Assembly: GCA_963793305.1 (NCBI GenBank) | Contig: CAWBZV010000009.1 | Coordinates: 1 to 64,000, forward strand | DNA: 64,000 bases | Direction of reading: 5' to 3' | From: an uncultured Gemmatimonadales bacterium | GTDB taxonomy: Bacteria; Gemmatimonadota; Gemmatimonadetes; Gemmatimonadales; Gemmatimonadaceae | Part shown: positions 1-10,352 of the stretch, one piece after another | Layout of the letters: each line of letters starts with the position of its first letter | Numbering within the stretch: position 1 is the stretch's first letter | The notes under the pieces: generated by a model | Databases searched by the model: none | The model's input: the letters and a program-made list of their open reading frames with translations, nothing else | What the model was told of the DNA's origin: nothing | Program-made: the position numbers and the translations under genes

Positions 1-345
1 GCTCGTGAGACTCGGCGTCTCGAGATGACCGATCCCTGGCGGCGTCACGCACGTGGTCGCCAGCTGATCGTAGAGCCAGGCCGCGGTGCGCGAGCCGAGG
101 TTCGAGCCGATGGTCTGGTGCAAGGGCGACAGGACGTGGAGCAGCACGAACACGACGCCGACGATCGTCAGTGGCGCGACCAGTGCCGTGCCATGCTGCA
201 CCGCGCTCACCAGCACGCCCATGGCGATCGCGAACAGGGCAGGGAGTAGCCCGCGCAGCACTAACACCGCCCACCAGGCGATCGCTAAGGCACTATCCGC
301 GCGCGGGAGCGCCGAGAAGAATGTCCAGTGTGGTCGGGTCTTCAC
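1..345 (-). CDS. ABC transporter permease/ATP-binding protein, N-terminal part (runs off window edge)
   Basis: Own translation from GTG 345: MKTRPHWTFFSALPRADSALAIAWWAVLVLRGLLPALFAIAMGVLV...GIGHLETPSLTS; two TM segments; GTGA overlap with AraC stop; open to position 1. Confidence 0.7.
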   Translation of the reverse strand, partial: MKTRPHWTFFSALPRADSALAIAWWAVLVLRGLLPALFAIAMGVLVSAVQHGTALVAPLTIVGVVFVLLHVLSPLHQTIGSNLGSRTAAWLYDQLATTCVTPPGIGHLETPSLTS

Positions 346-1121
346 ACGTACTGGCGTCGGTAGGCTCTGGGACTCACACCGAACTCGGCGCGGAATGTTC
401 GATTGAAATTGGACAAATCGCCGAACCCACTCTCCAACGCGACGTTGCTCACCCGGTCCGACTTGGTCGCCAGTCGCACGGCGGCCAGTCTGAGACGCAT
501 CCGCAAGACGTACTGATGCGGCGTGACTCCGGTGACGCCCTGGAAGACGCGCAGAAAGTGATACGAGCTCAGGTTCGCCTCCTCGGCAAGGCGCCCCAGC
601 GACGTCACGGCCGCAGGTTCAGCGTCGAGCAAACGAACGACACGCGTCACCCGGGATTCGGCGTCAAACGGTGCTGTCGCGCCGGACGTTTGTCGAGAGA
701 CCGCCTGACCGGCCAGCGAAACCGCGATCTCTTCCCACGAGGCGCGGGAAGACCCGGCGAGGGCGGCGTGCACCTGCGATGTGAGCGCAGCGATAGCGCG
801 CACTGGCGGTACCCGGGTCGACGCGGAAAACGGTGCACCGTTGTCGAAGTACGCGGGATCGTACTGAAACGAGATGCAGCGGTCGCCAACCGCATGCTCG
901 TGTCCGCACTCGAAATAGTGCCCGGGGTTGCCCAGGAGCAGCGACCCGGGAGTCATGACGGCGCGTCCAGCGGCGGTACGATATTGAAAGCTGCCCGAGA
1001 TGACGATGGCGATCGTGGCGCACGTGTGCTGCTCCTCGAACCGCGGATCTCGCGGCCCGGCGGTGCACACGATGTCGGTTACACGCCAACCCTGTCCTTC
1101 AGCGACCGCAATTTTCTCCAA
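342..1121 (-). CDS. AraC family transcriptional regulator
   Basis: C-terminal HTH LAEEANLSSYHFLRVF...VALESGFGDLSNFNRTFRAEFGVSPRAYR; cupin-like N-terminus. Confidence 0.93.
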   Translation of the reverse strand: MEKIAVAEGQGWRVTDIVCTAGPRDPRFEEQHTCATIAIVISGSFQYRTAAGRAVMTPGSLLLGNPGHYFECGHEHAVGDRCISFQYDPAYFDNGAPFSASTRVPPVRAIAALTSQVHAALAGSSRASWEEIAVSLAGQAVSRQTSGATAPFDAESRVTRVVRLLDAEPAAVTSLGRLAEEANLSSYHFLRVFQGVTGVTPHQYVLRMRLRLAAVRLATKSDRVSNVALESGFGDLSNFNRTFRAEFGVSPRAYRRQYV

Positions 1122-1154
1122 GATTTGCCTCCGCAGGGTCGCTAAATCTAGTGC

Positions 1155-1568
1155 ATGACGACAGCAGAGCTTTTACTGGCCCGGTGGACCGACATCAGTG
1201 ATCGGCTCCACGCCGTGGCGCGCGAGTTTCCCGCCGACAAATACGAATTCCAGCCGACACCAGACGTGCGATCCTTCGCCGATCAGTTGCGACACGTCGC
1301 ATTCTGGAACGCGTATCTCGCGGCGACGGTGCGAAAGGAGAATCCAGACGGGACGGCGAATTCTCTTCCGGCCAAGAAATATCCGTCCAAGGATGCAATC
1401 GTTCGCGCGCTGAAAGAAACAGACGACGAGGTGCGCTCGGCGCTGTCGAAAGACGGCGCGGCGTCGGCGGACGCGGTCGTGTCATTCATCGAACACACGG
1501 GCGAGCACTATGGTCAGCTCATCATGTACTACCGGCTCAGCGGGCTCGTCCCTCCAGCCTCGCGGTGA
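1155..1568 (+). CDS. DinB family protein
   Basis: PTPDVRSFADQLRHVA and HTGEHYGQL...YRLSGLVPPAS motifs. Confidence 0.88.
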   Translation: MTTAELLLARWTDISDRLHAVAREFPADKYEFQPTPDVRSFADQLRHVAFWNAYLAATVRKENPDGTANSLPAKKYPSKDAIVRALKETDDEVRSALSKDGAASADAVVSFIEHTGEHYGQLIMYYRLSGLVPPASR

Positions 1569-1586
1569 CGGGAACAATTCAGTTCA

Positions 1587-1609
1587 TGCATGTATTAGTA
1601 CGACATGCA
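1587..1609. promoter_or_regulatory. Inverted repeat over the LLM gene start (putative repressor operator)
   Basis: TGCATGT-N9-ACATGCA, includes ATG 1605. Confidence 0.45.
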
Positions 1610-2624
1610 GCTGGGTCTATACACGTTCGCCGACGTCGCGCGCGAATCGCGGCTTCGGGAAGTTGTCGAGGAAGCTGAGCTCGCCGAGCAGGTTGGGCTG
1701 GAGGTGTTTGGGGTGGGCGAGCACCATCGCCCGGATTTCGTGGCGTCCGCGCCCGCGGTCGTGTTGGCGGCGATCGCGGCGCGCACGTCGCGGTTGCGCC
1801 TGACGAGCGCCGTTACCGTCTTGAGCTCGGATGATCCCGTCCGCGTCTTCCAAGAGTTCGCCACGCTCGATCTCCTCTCGGGCGGGCGCGCCGAGATCAT
1901 GGCCGGCCGCGGTTCTTTTACCGAGTCGTTTCCGCTGTTCGGGTACGACCTCGACGACTACGACGCGCTCTTCGCCGAGAAGCTGGATCTTTTGCTGAAG
2001 CTCCGCGCGAGCGAACGCATCACGTGGTCGGGGACGTATCGCGCCCCGATCTCCAATCTCGGCGTCTATCCGCGTCCGATTCAGAACCCGTTGCCCGTCT
2101 GGATCGCCGTCGGTGGCACCCCGCAATCGGTCGTGCGCGCGGGCTCCCTTGGCCTCCCCATGGCGCTGGCGATTATCGGCGGTCCGTGGGAACGCTTCGT
2201 TCCACTCGCCGCGTACTATCGTCGGGCGGGGGGCACGACACTCGGGCTCAACTCGCACGGACACATCGCCGAGACGACGCAACAGGCGATGGACGAGTAC
2301 TACCCAACGTATGCCGCGATGATGACGCGCATCGGTCGCGAGCGCGGGTGGCCGCCGATGACACGCCAGCAGTATGAGGCGATGTGCGCTCCTCAAGGTG
2401 CGCTATTCGTCGGCGATCCCGAGACCGTTGCCGACAAGATCATCCGCCAGCGCGAGGCATTCGGCCATCAACGCTTGCTGCTCTCATTGGCATTCGGTTC
2501 GATGCCGCGCGAGCAAGCGCTCCGCTCGATCGAATTATTCGGGACGCGGGTTGCGCCGATGGTGCATAGAGAAGTAGCGATGACGCCAGTTGCGGCGAGT
2601 GCGCTATCGTCGGAGCATGAATGA
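1605..2624 (+). CDS. LLM class flavin-dependent oxidoreductase (luciferase-like)
   Basis: [50 protein letters not shown]. Confidence 0.93.
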   Translation: MQLGLYTFADVARESRLREVVEEAELAEQVGLEVFGVGEHHRPDFVASAPAVVLAAIAARTSRLRLTSAVTVLSSDDPVRVFQEFATLDLLSGGRAEIMAGRGSFTESFPLFGYDLDDYDALFAEKLDLLLKLRASERITWSGTYRAPISNLGVYPRPIQNPLPVWIAVGGTPQSVVRAGSLGLPMALAIIGGPWERFVPLAAYYRRAGGTTLGLNSHGHIAETTQQAMDEYYPTYAAMMTRIGRERGWPPMTRQQYEAMCAPQGALFVGDPETVADKIIRQREAFGHQRLLLSLAFGSMPREQALRSIELFGTRVAPMVHREVAMTPVAASALSSEHE

Positions 2625-2731
2625 GATTCGATTCGTGCTCGCGGTTGCCGGCTGGATAATTGGGGTTGTGCTACGCCTCGCGATCGGCGTGCTGGAAATC
2701 GTCGCGTGGAGCGTGGGTGTGAGCGAACGAC

Positions 2732-3124
2732 CTAGCTTCGAGCCGGTACGCAGCGTGCGACCGCGAAGAGAAGAACGACGCCGACCGCGAGCGTATTGAG
2801 GAGCCGATCCCAGTCATCGGTGTACCCGAAGATCCACGGCGAGATCGTGATCCAGGCGCCGAGCACGCCGATGATCCATCGCGTTGGCGAGAAGCATCGT
2901 CCCCAGGCGAGGCCCGCGATACCGGCGACGATCACGAGGCCGCCGGCCACGGCGTTATTCCAGAGACTGGTATCCCACGCGATCATCCCGAACGCGGCTG
3001 GGGACATAATGAACCACGCACCCGCGGCAACGGCGATCACATTGATCGCTCGAGCGTCAAAGATCGACTGATCTTGGCTGGTCTGACCTTGGCTCGTTAT
3101 CGCTCCAGCGCCTGACGGTCCCAC
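2732..3124 (-). CDS. SPW repeat membrane protein (start uncertain)
   Basis: Two repeats GAWFIMSP...LWNNAVAG and GAWITISPWIFGY...LLNTLAVG. Confidence 0.7.
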   Translation of the reverse strand: MGPSGAGAITSQGQTSQDQSIFDARAINVIAVAAGAWFIMSPAAFGMIAWDTSLWNNAVAGGLVIVAGIAGLAWGRCFSPTRWIIGVLGAWITISPWIFGYTDDWDRLLNTLAVGVVLLFAVARCVPARS

Positions 3125-3999
3125 TTCGCGAGATCCGCCGCGGCCGCGTACGTACTCTGGGCGAACGCAAGAATCGCATCGTCCGGCGACGCGGCCGTGC
3201 GTACGGCTGTATATGGGAGAATAAACTCGCCCAAGCCGGTGTGATAGTAGGCTTGGGCGGGCTCGACCTTACGCTCCGCGTAGCCCGCGGGCTGCGGGTA
3301 CGCATAGGCATAGTACGCCGGTTCCGGCAGCGCGTCGCTCCCAGCCCAGAACCCGCAGCTCGCGCACTCGTGGGAGTAGCCTTCGACCATCACGGAGATC
3401 GGGCAGTTCATGACAGCTCCGGAGTATCGGGGCGCGGTGCGGCCAGAGAATCGGGTCGCCGCGAGATCCATGGCGCCCCAGAACAGGTGCACCGGGCTCG
3501 CCTTGCCGATGAACTGCCCCCGATAGCGCTTCAACACCCGATCACTCTCGGCCAGCACGCGCCAGAACCGGTTCGCGTACTCGGCGTCATACGACTTGTG
3601 CTCGCGATCCTTGGCGAACGGGATCGCCCGCTCGACCTCGACCGGCACGGGATAGAGCTTCACCGGGAGGTCGAGCGCGCGCAGCGTCTCGCGATACTCG
3701 CTGTAGAAGTCGGCGACGGTCCGCGGCGCCAGCGCCATGGTGCGCACGGCGCCGTCGCTCGTTCGAACGATCAGCGTGTGATCGAGAAAATCGAAGTCGA
3801 CCGCGAACGTTCTCGCCCCCTCCGGCATTGGCGAGGTCGTGAGACCACGCGGCGTGAGATACAGCACCACTTGCCACCAATGATTCTCCATCGGCGCCAG
3901 GGCGAGGCGCGTCTTGCCGACGATCTGCATCCACATGTGCAGTGTCTCGCTCGTATCCCGCCACGCGGCGAACGGGAGTTCCGGCCAGGTATCAGTCAT
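3097..3999 (-). CDS. DUF5996-like protein
   Basis: WPELPFAAWRDTSETLHMWMQIVGK, NHWWQV, SPVHLFWGAMDLAATRFSGR, YSHECASCGFW. Confidence 0.85.
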   Translation of the reverse strand: MTDTWPELPFAAWRDTSETLHMWMQIVGKTRLALAPMENHWWQVVLYLTPRGLTTSPMPEGARTFAVDFDFLDHTLIVRTSDGAVRTMALAPRTVADFYSEYRETLRALDLPVKLYPVPVEVERAIPFAKDREHKSYDAEYANRFWRVLAESDRVLKRYRGQFIGKASPVHLFWGAMDLAATRFSGRTAPRYSGAVMNCPISVMVEGYSHECASCGFWAGSDALPEPAYYAYAYPQPAGYAERKVEPAQAYYHTGLGEFILPYTAVRTAASPDDAILAFAQSTYAAAADLAKWDRQALER

Positions 4000-4024
4000 A
4001 CTTGATAATTCTACACGCGGAGTA

Positions 4025-4045
4025 TTGTATACAGCACGTATACAA
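4025..4045. promoter_or_regulatory. Palindromic operator TTGTATAC-N5-GTATACAA (GntR-like)
   Basis: Perfect 8-bp inverted repeat just upstream of the CocE RBS; near-identical copy at 8707-8727. Confidence 0.65.
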
Positions 4046-4055
4046 CGGAGACGGT

Positions 4056-5823
4056 GTGAAACTCCTGGCGATGATGCTGCTGCAGGCCGCGTTCGACTCC
4101 TCGACGGTCAGCATTCCCATGCGCGATGGCGTGCACCTGCACACGCGCATCTTCGTCCCCGCCGGGCAGCACGCCGCGCTGCCGATCATCATGTTCCGCA
4201 CGCCGTACGGTATCGACGAGGCCGACGGGATGTTCAAGAACTACCTCAAGGAGCTGGCCGACGAGGGCTACATCTTCGTCTTCCAGGACATCCGTGGGCG
4301 GTTCGCGTCCGAAGGCCAGTTCGTCATGCTCCGCCCGCCGCGCGACAAGAATGACCCGAAGGCCGTCGATGAGGGCAGCGACACGTACGACACCATCGAC
4401 TGGCTGCTCAAGCATGTCCCGAATAACAGCGGCCGCGTGGGCATGCTCGGCATCTCGTATCCCGGGTGGCTCACCGTGATGGCGATGCTGGATCCGCATC
4501 CCGCGCTCAAAGCTGTGTCGCCGCAAGCGTCTCCCGCCGACATGTTCATCGGCGACGACTTTCACCATGGCGGCGCGTTTCGCTTGAGCTACGGGTTCGA
4601 GTATGCCGAAGCGATGGAGACGGACAAGACCGTCCGGCCGTTCGCGTTCGACCGGTATGACACCTACGACTGGTACTTGAAGCTCGGGGCGCTCAGCAAT
4701 ATTCACGCGACGCTCCCCTCGTGGCGCGATTTTTCGACGCACCCGAACTACGACGCGTTCTGGCAACGTCAGGCCGCCGTCCCTTACATGAACAAGGTCA
4801 CGATTCCAACGCTGAACGTGGCTGGGTGGTGGGACCAAGAAGACTTCTACGGCCCGATCACGATCTACGAGGCGCTCGAGCCGCACGATACGAAGCACCT
4901 GAATTACCTGGTGGTCGGCCCCTGGAATCATGGCGGCTGGGGATTTGGCGACGGTCAGAAGCTCGGCCCCATCGATTTCGGAGGGCCAACGGCGCTCTAC
5001 TTCCGCGAGCACGTGCAGGCGCCGTTCTTCGCGCATTTCCTGAAGGACAAAGGCGCGTTCAACGAACCCAAGGTTCTCGCGTTCGAAGCGGGCGCGAATG
5101 CCTGGAAATCGTACGATCGCTGGCCCGCCGCGAACACCGTCGGCCGTAAGCTGTATCTGGGCGGCGGCGGACGGTTGGGATTCGAGCGGACCGGGGGTGC
5201 TGACAGTGCGTTCGACGCGTACGTGTCCGATCCGTCCCACCCGGTCCCGTATCGTCACCGCCCGATTCCGTCGACGTTCACGGAGCACTCCGGGTGGCCG
5301 ACCTGGTTGTCCGAAGATCAGCGCGTGGCGGATGGCCGCGCCAACGTCCTGACGTATGAGACCGAGCCGCTGGCGGCGGATGTCACGGTGTCGGGCGCGA
5401 TCGCCGCGCACCTCTTCGCGTCGACCTCAGGCACCGACAGCGACTGGATCGTGAAGTTGATCGAACGTCTACCCCGAGAAGTACGATGCCGACCCCAAGA
5501 TGGGCGGCTACGAATTCATGGTCGCGAATGACGTGCTTCGGGGACGCTTTCGAAAGGGATATGGCGATCCGATACCCGCCGTACCGGATCATGTCGACGA
5601 GTACACGGTCGATATGCACACGCAGTGCTATCGATTCCTGAAGGGCCACCGGATCATGGTGCAGATCCAGAGCACGTGGTTCCCGCTGATCGACCGGAAT
5701 CCGCAGAAGTTCGTCCCGAACATTTTTGCCGCGACGGACGCCGACTTCCAGGTCGCCCGCCAGCGGGTGTTCCGCTCGTCCTACGTGGATTTCCCTGTCG
5801 ACACGTCCCGTGTAGTCCAGTAG
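4056..5823 (+). CDS. CocE/NonD (peptidase S15) hydrolase, split by a +1 frameshift near 5464
   Basis: GTG start with GGAG; MRDGVHL, RTPY, QDIRGRFASEG, GISYPG nucleophile, GPWNH; removing one A gives VKLIDVYP joined to ORF 5500-5823 (IQSTWFPLIDRNPQ). Confidence 0.9.
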
Positions 5824-6602
5824 CGCGCCACGGCGAGGCCGATCGCGAGGCTGATCACCGCGACGAGTATGCCCGACTCGCCGACCCAGGTCGTCGCGCC
5901 GGGTCCAGTGGACGCGGGGTCGAAGCCCACCTGGATAATGCCGTTCCACGCGCCGTGGAGCAGCGCCGCGGGCCACACGCTGCCGGACCGAAGTCGCAGG
6001 ACCCCGATCACGTACGCGATACCAATGACGTCGACCAGAAAGATCCCGGCCGAGATCCCCGGATGGGGACCGGCCGCGTACTGGCCGCTCAGGATCAGGG
6101 GAAAGTGCCACAGCGCCCAGATGATGCCGCTGACGAGGAGTGGCTGTGGCACGCCGGCATCGACGAGCCGCGTGAGCATGAAGCCTCGCCACCCGATCTC
6201 CTCGCCCGCGCCCGAGACGACGCCGATGGTGCAGCCGAGGGCTATCGCCCGACCCATGTTCAACAAGAATCCGCCGTGCCCCGGCGATTGGTACCCCACA
6301 AGTCCCGTCGCCCATCCCGTGCCGTACGCGATCGTGCCGACGACGAGCGGAAAGACGACGGCGGCGATCATCGTGCGCAGCGCCTCCGGACCGCCCAGGC
6401 GGAACGATACGTCGCCAAATCCCTCTCTCAGCGACAACCGGGCGACGATCGATGAGATCGCTGGCGTCCACATGAGCAGGAAGATCAGCCACCCGTAGTG
6501 GCCGATGTTGCCGCCCAAGCGCAGCACCACCGTCTCGATGATCCCTGAGACGGGGATCAGCACCGCGAAGTAGATCGCGAGGCCGCGCCGCGCTTGTCCC
6601 AC
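5781..6602 (-). CDS. CPBP family (CAAX/Abi) intramembrane metalloprotease
   Basis: GEEIGWRG, IWALWH, SVWPAALLHGAWN; multiple TM helices. Confidence 0.92.
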   Translation of the reverse strand: MGQARRGLAIYFAVLIPVSGIIETVVLRLGGNIGHYGWLIFLLMWTPAISSIVARLSLREGFGDVSFRLGGPEALRTMIAAVVFPLVVGTIAYGTGWATGLVGYQSPGHGGFLLNMGRAIALGCTIGVVSGAGEEIGWRGFMLTRLVDAGVPQPLLVSGIIWALWHFPLILSGQYAAGPHPGISAGIFLVDVIGIAYVIGVLRLRSGSVWPAALLHGAWNGIIQVGFDPASTGPGATTWVGESGILVAVISLAIGLAVARYWTTRDVSTGKST

Positions 6603-6604
6603 GG

Positions 6605-8716
6605 CTAGCGCAGGCGTGAGGGATCGAACATCGCGTCAGGCAACGCGACATTCGCCTTGATGTTGGAGTAGACCTCGTGGAGCTTCACGAAGCCGTTGTC
6701 GATGTCGACTTTGGCCGCGATCCACCCGCCGGCAAGCGGCCGATAGTCATCGAACGACGCATTGGCCGCGGTGCTGTCGACCAGGTGCAGGAACAGCTGC
6801 CGGTCGGTGTCGATCCAAACCTCCTTGCCCCCCGTGCCGACGACGGTGGCAGGGTGTCCGTTCCAGACGTTGCTCCGGACTTTCGAGAGATCGAATCCTT
6901 CCGATGTGAGCTCGGCGACCGTCCGGTCCACCGGCTGCCGATAGATATCGAACCCGAGCACGAGCAGGAGATTTAGGCTGGCGCTGCGGCGCAGTGCTTC
7001 GCCGGGTTCCTTCACGTACGCGCTGTCGTTCGCGAACACGACAATGCGTCTCTGCTTCGTGTCCGTTGGCGTCGTGCCAATGTCGATGCGCAACCTCCCT
7101 GGCAACTTGGCCTCTTCCCGCCACGTTTCGGACGTCTTCTGGCCGGCGTCCGTCTCTTGCTCGGCCAGCTCCGTGAACGACAGGCTCGAGTACCAGGTCG
7201 ATGCATAGCGATCGTGCATCTTCTGGATGACCGCCACCCCTTCGGGCGACGGGACTCGCGTGAATCTCTCGCTCAGGAACTTGACCGACGCGACACTGCC
7301 TGAGCCGTCAGGCTGGAACGTGACCGTCTGGCCGTCGAGATATGATCGCGACCCATGGTTGGCCTTGAACGCGTCATAGCGATCGTGTTCGAGCGCGGCG
7401 CTACTCGAAAACCACTGCAGCCGGAGCCCGCCCGGTTGCGTCGAGATCACGACATCGCCGAACACCGAGTCGCGGTACGTGCCGGCATAGCGCTCCAGTG
7501 CCAGCGACGCGGGCGCCGCCGTCGAATCCTTCGCTGCCGGGGCCTTGGGTTTACGCGGAGTGAACAGGGGATGGAGCTCGGCGCTCCAGTCGCGATTGCC
7601 GGTACCGAGCCACTCGTCGATCGCCTTGTACATCAAGGCATGGCGGAGCTCGGCGTGGTCGACGTTCTCGAGGATGTAGTAGCCGAGGTGTTTCTCCGGC
7701 ACGATCGCGATGAGTGCGCACATGCCGTCGATGCTGCCGGTGTGCATCGCCACTTCGTAGCCCGCATAATCTTGCAGGAAGAACCCGAAGCCGTACGTGA
7801 AGAAGTGCGGCTTGGAGACTGATAGCGCGGGATAGAGATTGCGGTCCGCGATGATCTCCGGCTTGAAGATCTCGCGGAACACCGAGTCGCTCACCAGCCG
7901 GCGCCCGTTGACCTTCCCGCTGTCGAGCAGGAACTGCACCCACCGCGTCATGTCCGAGATGCTCGAGAACACCGAGCCCGCGGCCTTGACCTGGTCCGTG
8001 CTCTGGAACGGGATCACATGGAGCGTATCGTTCTTATAGTCGTGCGCCGACGTGACATTCGGTTGCCCCACCGTCTCGGCCACCAGCGGGATGGTCTCCT
8101 TCATGCCAAGCGGTTGAAAGATCCGCGTGGTCAGGAACTGCTCCCACGACATGCCCGATGCGGCCGCCACGACATCGCCGGCCACTTGGTACATGATGTT
8201 GTTGTAGCTGAATTTCGTGCGGAGCGGCGACTCGAACGGCATGTAGCGCATGCGTCGCACGATCTCTTGCTCGGACAGGTCGGGGTTGACCCACAGCAGG
8301 TCGCCCGATCCCCCGAGCCCGCTGCGATGGGTCAGGAGATCGCGAATGCGAAGATCCCGGGTGACATAGGGGTCGGACAGCCGAAAGTCCGGGAGGTGAT
8401 CGATGACCCGGTCATCCCAACTGAGTTTCTTTTCGTCGACGAGCATGCCCAGCGCGAAGACCGTCATGGCCTTGGTCGTCGAGCCGATGGCCGAGCGAGT
8501 GTGAATGTCGAACGGCTCGCCCGTCTTGACGTCCCGGACTCCGTACGCTTTCTGGAATACCACGGAGTCGCCCTGGACCACGGCGACGCCGAGACCCGGA
8601 ACGTGCCAGTCGCGGACGCCTTGCGCGACGTACTTGTCGAAATCGGTCGCCGGCTGCGCCGCGGCCGAGGCCCACGCCGTCACGACGGCCAGGAGGGTCA
8701 ACGCTTTTGTACACAT
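6605..8716 (-). CDS. Serine hydrolase (class C beta-lactamase family + DUF3471-like) with extra C-terminal domain
   Basis: Signal peptide; GSTTK (SxxK), LLTHRSG, YNN, HTG; YAGTY; additional ~210 aa domain. Confidence 0.9.
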   Translation of the reverse strand: MCTKALTLLAVVTAWASAAAQPATDFDKYVAQGVRDWHVPGLGVAVVQGDSVVFQKAYGVRDVKTGEPFDIHTRSAIGSTTKAMTVFALGMLVDEKKLSWDDRVIDHLPDFRLSDPYVTRDLRIRDLLTHRSGLGGSGDLLWVNPDLSEQEIVRRMRYMPFESPLRTKFSYNNIMYQVAGDVVAAASGMSWEQFLTTRIFQPLGMKETIPLVAETVGQPNVTSAHDYKNDTLHVIPFQSTDQVKAAGSVFSSISDMTRWVQFLLDSGKVNGRRLVSDSVFREIFKPEIIADRNLYPALSVSKPHFFTYGFGFFLQDYAGYEVAMHTGSIDGMCALIAIVPEKHLGYYILENVDHAELRHALMYKAIDEWLGTGNRDWSAELHPLFTPRKPKAPAAKDSTAAPASLALERYAGTYRDSVFGDVVISTQPGGLRLQWFSSSAALEHDRYDAFKANHGSRSYLDGQTVTFQPDGSGSVASVKFLSERFTRVPSPEGVAVIQKMHDRYASTWYSSLSFTELAEQETDAGQKTSETWREEAKLPGRLRIDIGTTPTDTKQRRIVVFANDSAYVKEPGEALRRSASLNLLLVLGFDIYRQPVDRTVAELTSEGFDLSKVRSNVWNGHPATVVGTGGKEVWIDTDRQLFLHLVDSTAANASFDDYRPLAGGWIAAKVDIDNGFVKLHEVYSNIKANVALPDAMFDPSRLR

Positions 8717-8727
8717 AGTGTATACAA
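8707..8727. promoter_or_regulatory. Palindromic operator TTGTACAC-N5-GTATACAA over the serine hydrolase start codon
   Basis: Same layout as 4025-4045 with one mismatch. Confidence 0.6.
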
Positions 8728-8732
8728 CAATA

Positions 8733-9719
8733 CTAAGAACGCAGCTTGCTCACCAGCCAATCGGTGACAATGCCGATGACATCCGACTCCACGAGCAGCG
8801 GCGTCGGCAACTTGGCGTATCCGCCCGGAAACCCGTCGCTATCCGGCACGAACAGGTGATTCACCCCGGGGATGATCCGCGCCGTCACGTCGGTGTTTCC
8901 CGATGACCGCACGTTGGCGGCGATCTCCGGGTTTTGGTCCGGCGTGGCCTGTTGATCATTGGCGTCGGTCAGGATCAGCACCGCGGGTTTCGCGAGCTGC
9001 TTCTGCTCGACCGTGAAGTCGTGGCTCAGGATGAACGACCACCACGGGTCGCTGGCCGCGATCGAGTCGATCCTGGCCGGGAGTTTCGCCAGCGCCGAGT
9101 CTTTCTGCGTCGCGCTCAGCTTCGCGTCGTGCTTGATCCCATTCGACAACTGATATTCGAGGATGACGCGGAGGGAGCGCGATCCGCCGGCCAGGAGCAC
9201 GACTGCTCGAATCGCCGGTTCTTGGAGCGCGACCATCGGCGCGATCAACGCGCCCTCGCTGTGGCCGACGAGCCCCAGGCGCGTCGTATCGATCTCGCTG
9301 CGCGTTCTCAGAAGCGCCAGGCCGGAGCGCACGTCGTCGCGGAACCCCTCATCGGTCGTTCCCTTGAACTTTCCGCCCGAAGCGCCCACGCCGCGATCAT
9401 CCATGCGCAGGACCGCAATGCCGCGCCGCCCCAGCGAGTCCGCGAGCTGGCGGAACGGCCGGTAGCTCGGCAACTGCGTGCTCATCTCGTCGCGATCCTG
9501 TGGGCCGGATCCGGTGATCGTGACGATCGCCGGTACCGGATGCGCGCGGCTCGCGCCCTTGGGGAGCGTCAATGTGCCCGCGAGTGTGTATCCCCGGTCG
9601 GTCGGCACGGTGACGGTCACCGCGATGTACGGGGCGCCGGCCGGCGGCGAGTAGTCCGGCTTCTTCGGCTGGGAATCGGCGGCTGTCGTGACAGCCACCA
9701 GCAGGCATATTAGATTCAT
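8733..9719 (-). CDS. Secreted alpha/beta hydrolase
   Basis: ITGSGPQDRD, DDRGVGAS, GHSEG, GVNHLF; signal peptide from ATG 9719. Confidence 0.9.
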   Translation of the reverse strand: MNLICLLVAVTTAADSQPKKPDYSPPAGAPYIAVTVTVPTDRGYTLAGTLTLPKGASRAHPVPAIVTITGSGPQDRDEMSTQLPSYRPFRQLADSLGRRGIAVLRMDDRGVGASGGKFKGTTDEGFRDDVRSGLALLRTRSEIDTTRLGLVGHSEGALIAPMVALQEPAIRAVVLLAGGSRSLRVILEYQLSNGIKHDAKLSATQKDSALAKLPARIDSIAASDPWWSFILSHDFTVEQKQLAKPAVLILTDANDQQATPDQNPEIAANVRSSGNTDVTARIIPGVNHLFVPDSDGFPGGYAKLPTPLLVESDVIGIVTDWLVSKLRS

Positions 9720-9752
9720 ATACCAAACAGTATATGACATACCAATCGGTAC
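9717..9752. promoter_or_regulatory. Putative TetR operator(s) between divergent start codons
   Basis: CATATAC-N6-GTATATG (9717-9736) followed by related TACCAATCGGTA. Confidence 0.6.
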
Positions 9753-10352
9753 GGCAACAACCCCTCTCCCGCGCCGCCCGGAAGACCGAGACCCGCGACG
9801 CCATCATCGACGCCGCGGCCTGGCTCTTCGCCCGCCGCGGGATCGAAGCTACGTCGCTGGACGCGATCGCCGCGCGGGTCGGTCTCACCAAAGGGGCCGT
9901 CTACGGCAGCTTCGCCAGCAAGCGCGAGCTTATCGAAGCGGTCGCCAAGGCACACAGCGCGCCGGCGAGCATCCGGCCCTTGCTCCGAGCGGATCTTCCG
10001 TTGGACGAGCGGCTCCGACTGTTCGGGCGAGAGGTCGTCACGCTCCTCCGCGGGGTGACGCGACAGGCCATTCTTGCTCGACTTCGAGTATCAGGTCTAT
10101 GAGAAGCGCAATAAGGCGTGGGGCGATGCCATGCGCTTGAACCAGCGGCGACACCTCGCCGGTCTCGCGCTCGAGTTCGAAGCGGTGAACAAGGAGCGCG
10201 GCGAGACGCCGCCGCTGCCGGCCACGGAATTTTTCGATGCGTTACTCACCGTGAGCCGCGGCATCACACACCAGCTGGCGCTGGATCCCGACGCGATCTC
10301 GGCCGAGACCGTCGCGAAGCTGTTCGCGCAGCTCGGCCTAGTCTGTCCGTAG
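9734..10352 (+). CDS. TetR family regulator, split by a +1 frameshift near 10072
   Basis: TRDAIIDAAAWLFARRGIEATSLDAIAARVGLTKGAVYGSFASKREL; C-terminal half in ORF 10074-10352. Confidence 0.88.

Noticed and set aside
2617..2799. 60-aa [19 protein letters not shown] after the LLM gene
   Set aside because: Has one TM and fills a gap, but overlaps the SPW gene by 68 bp and has no recognisable motif; not supportable
3097..3100. Possible ATA start for the SPW gene overlapping the upstream TAA
   Set aside because: Cannot be distinguished from an ATGA base-call error or from the upstream GTG start
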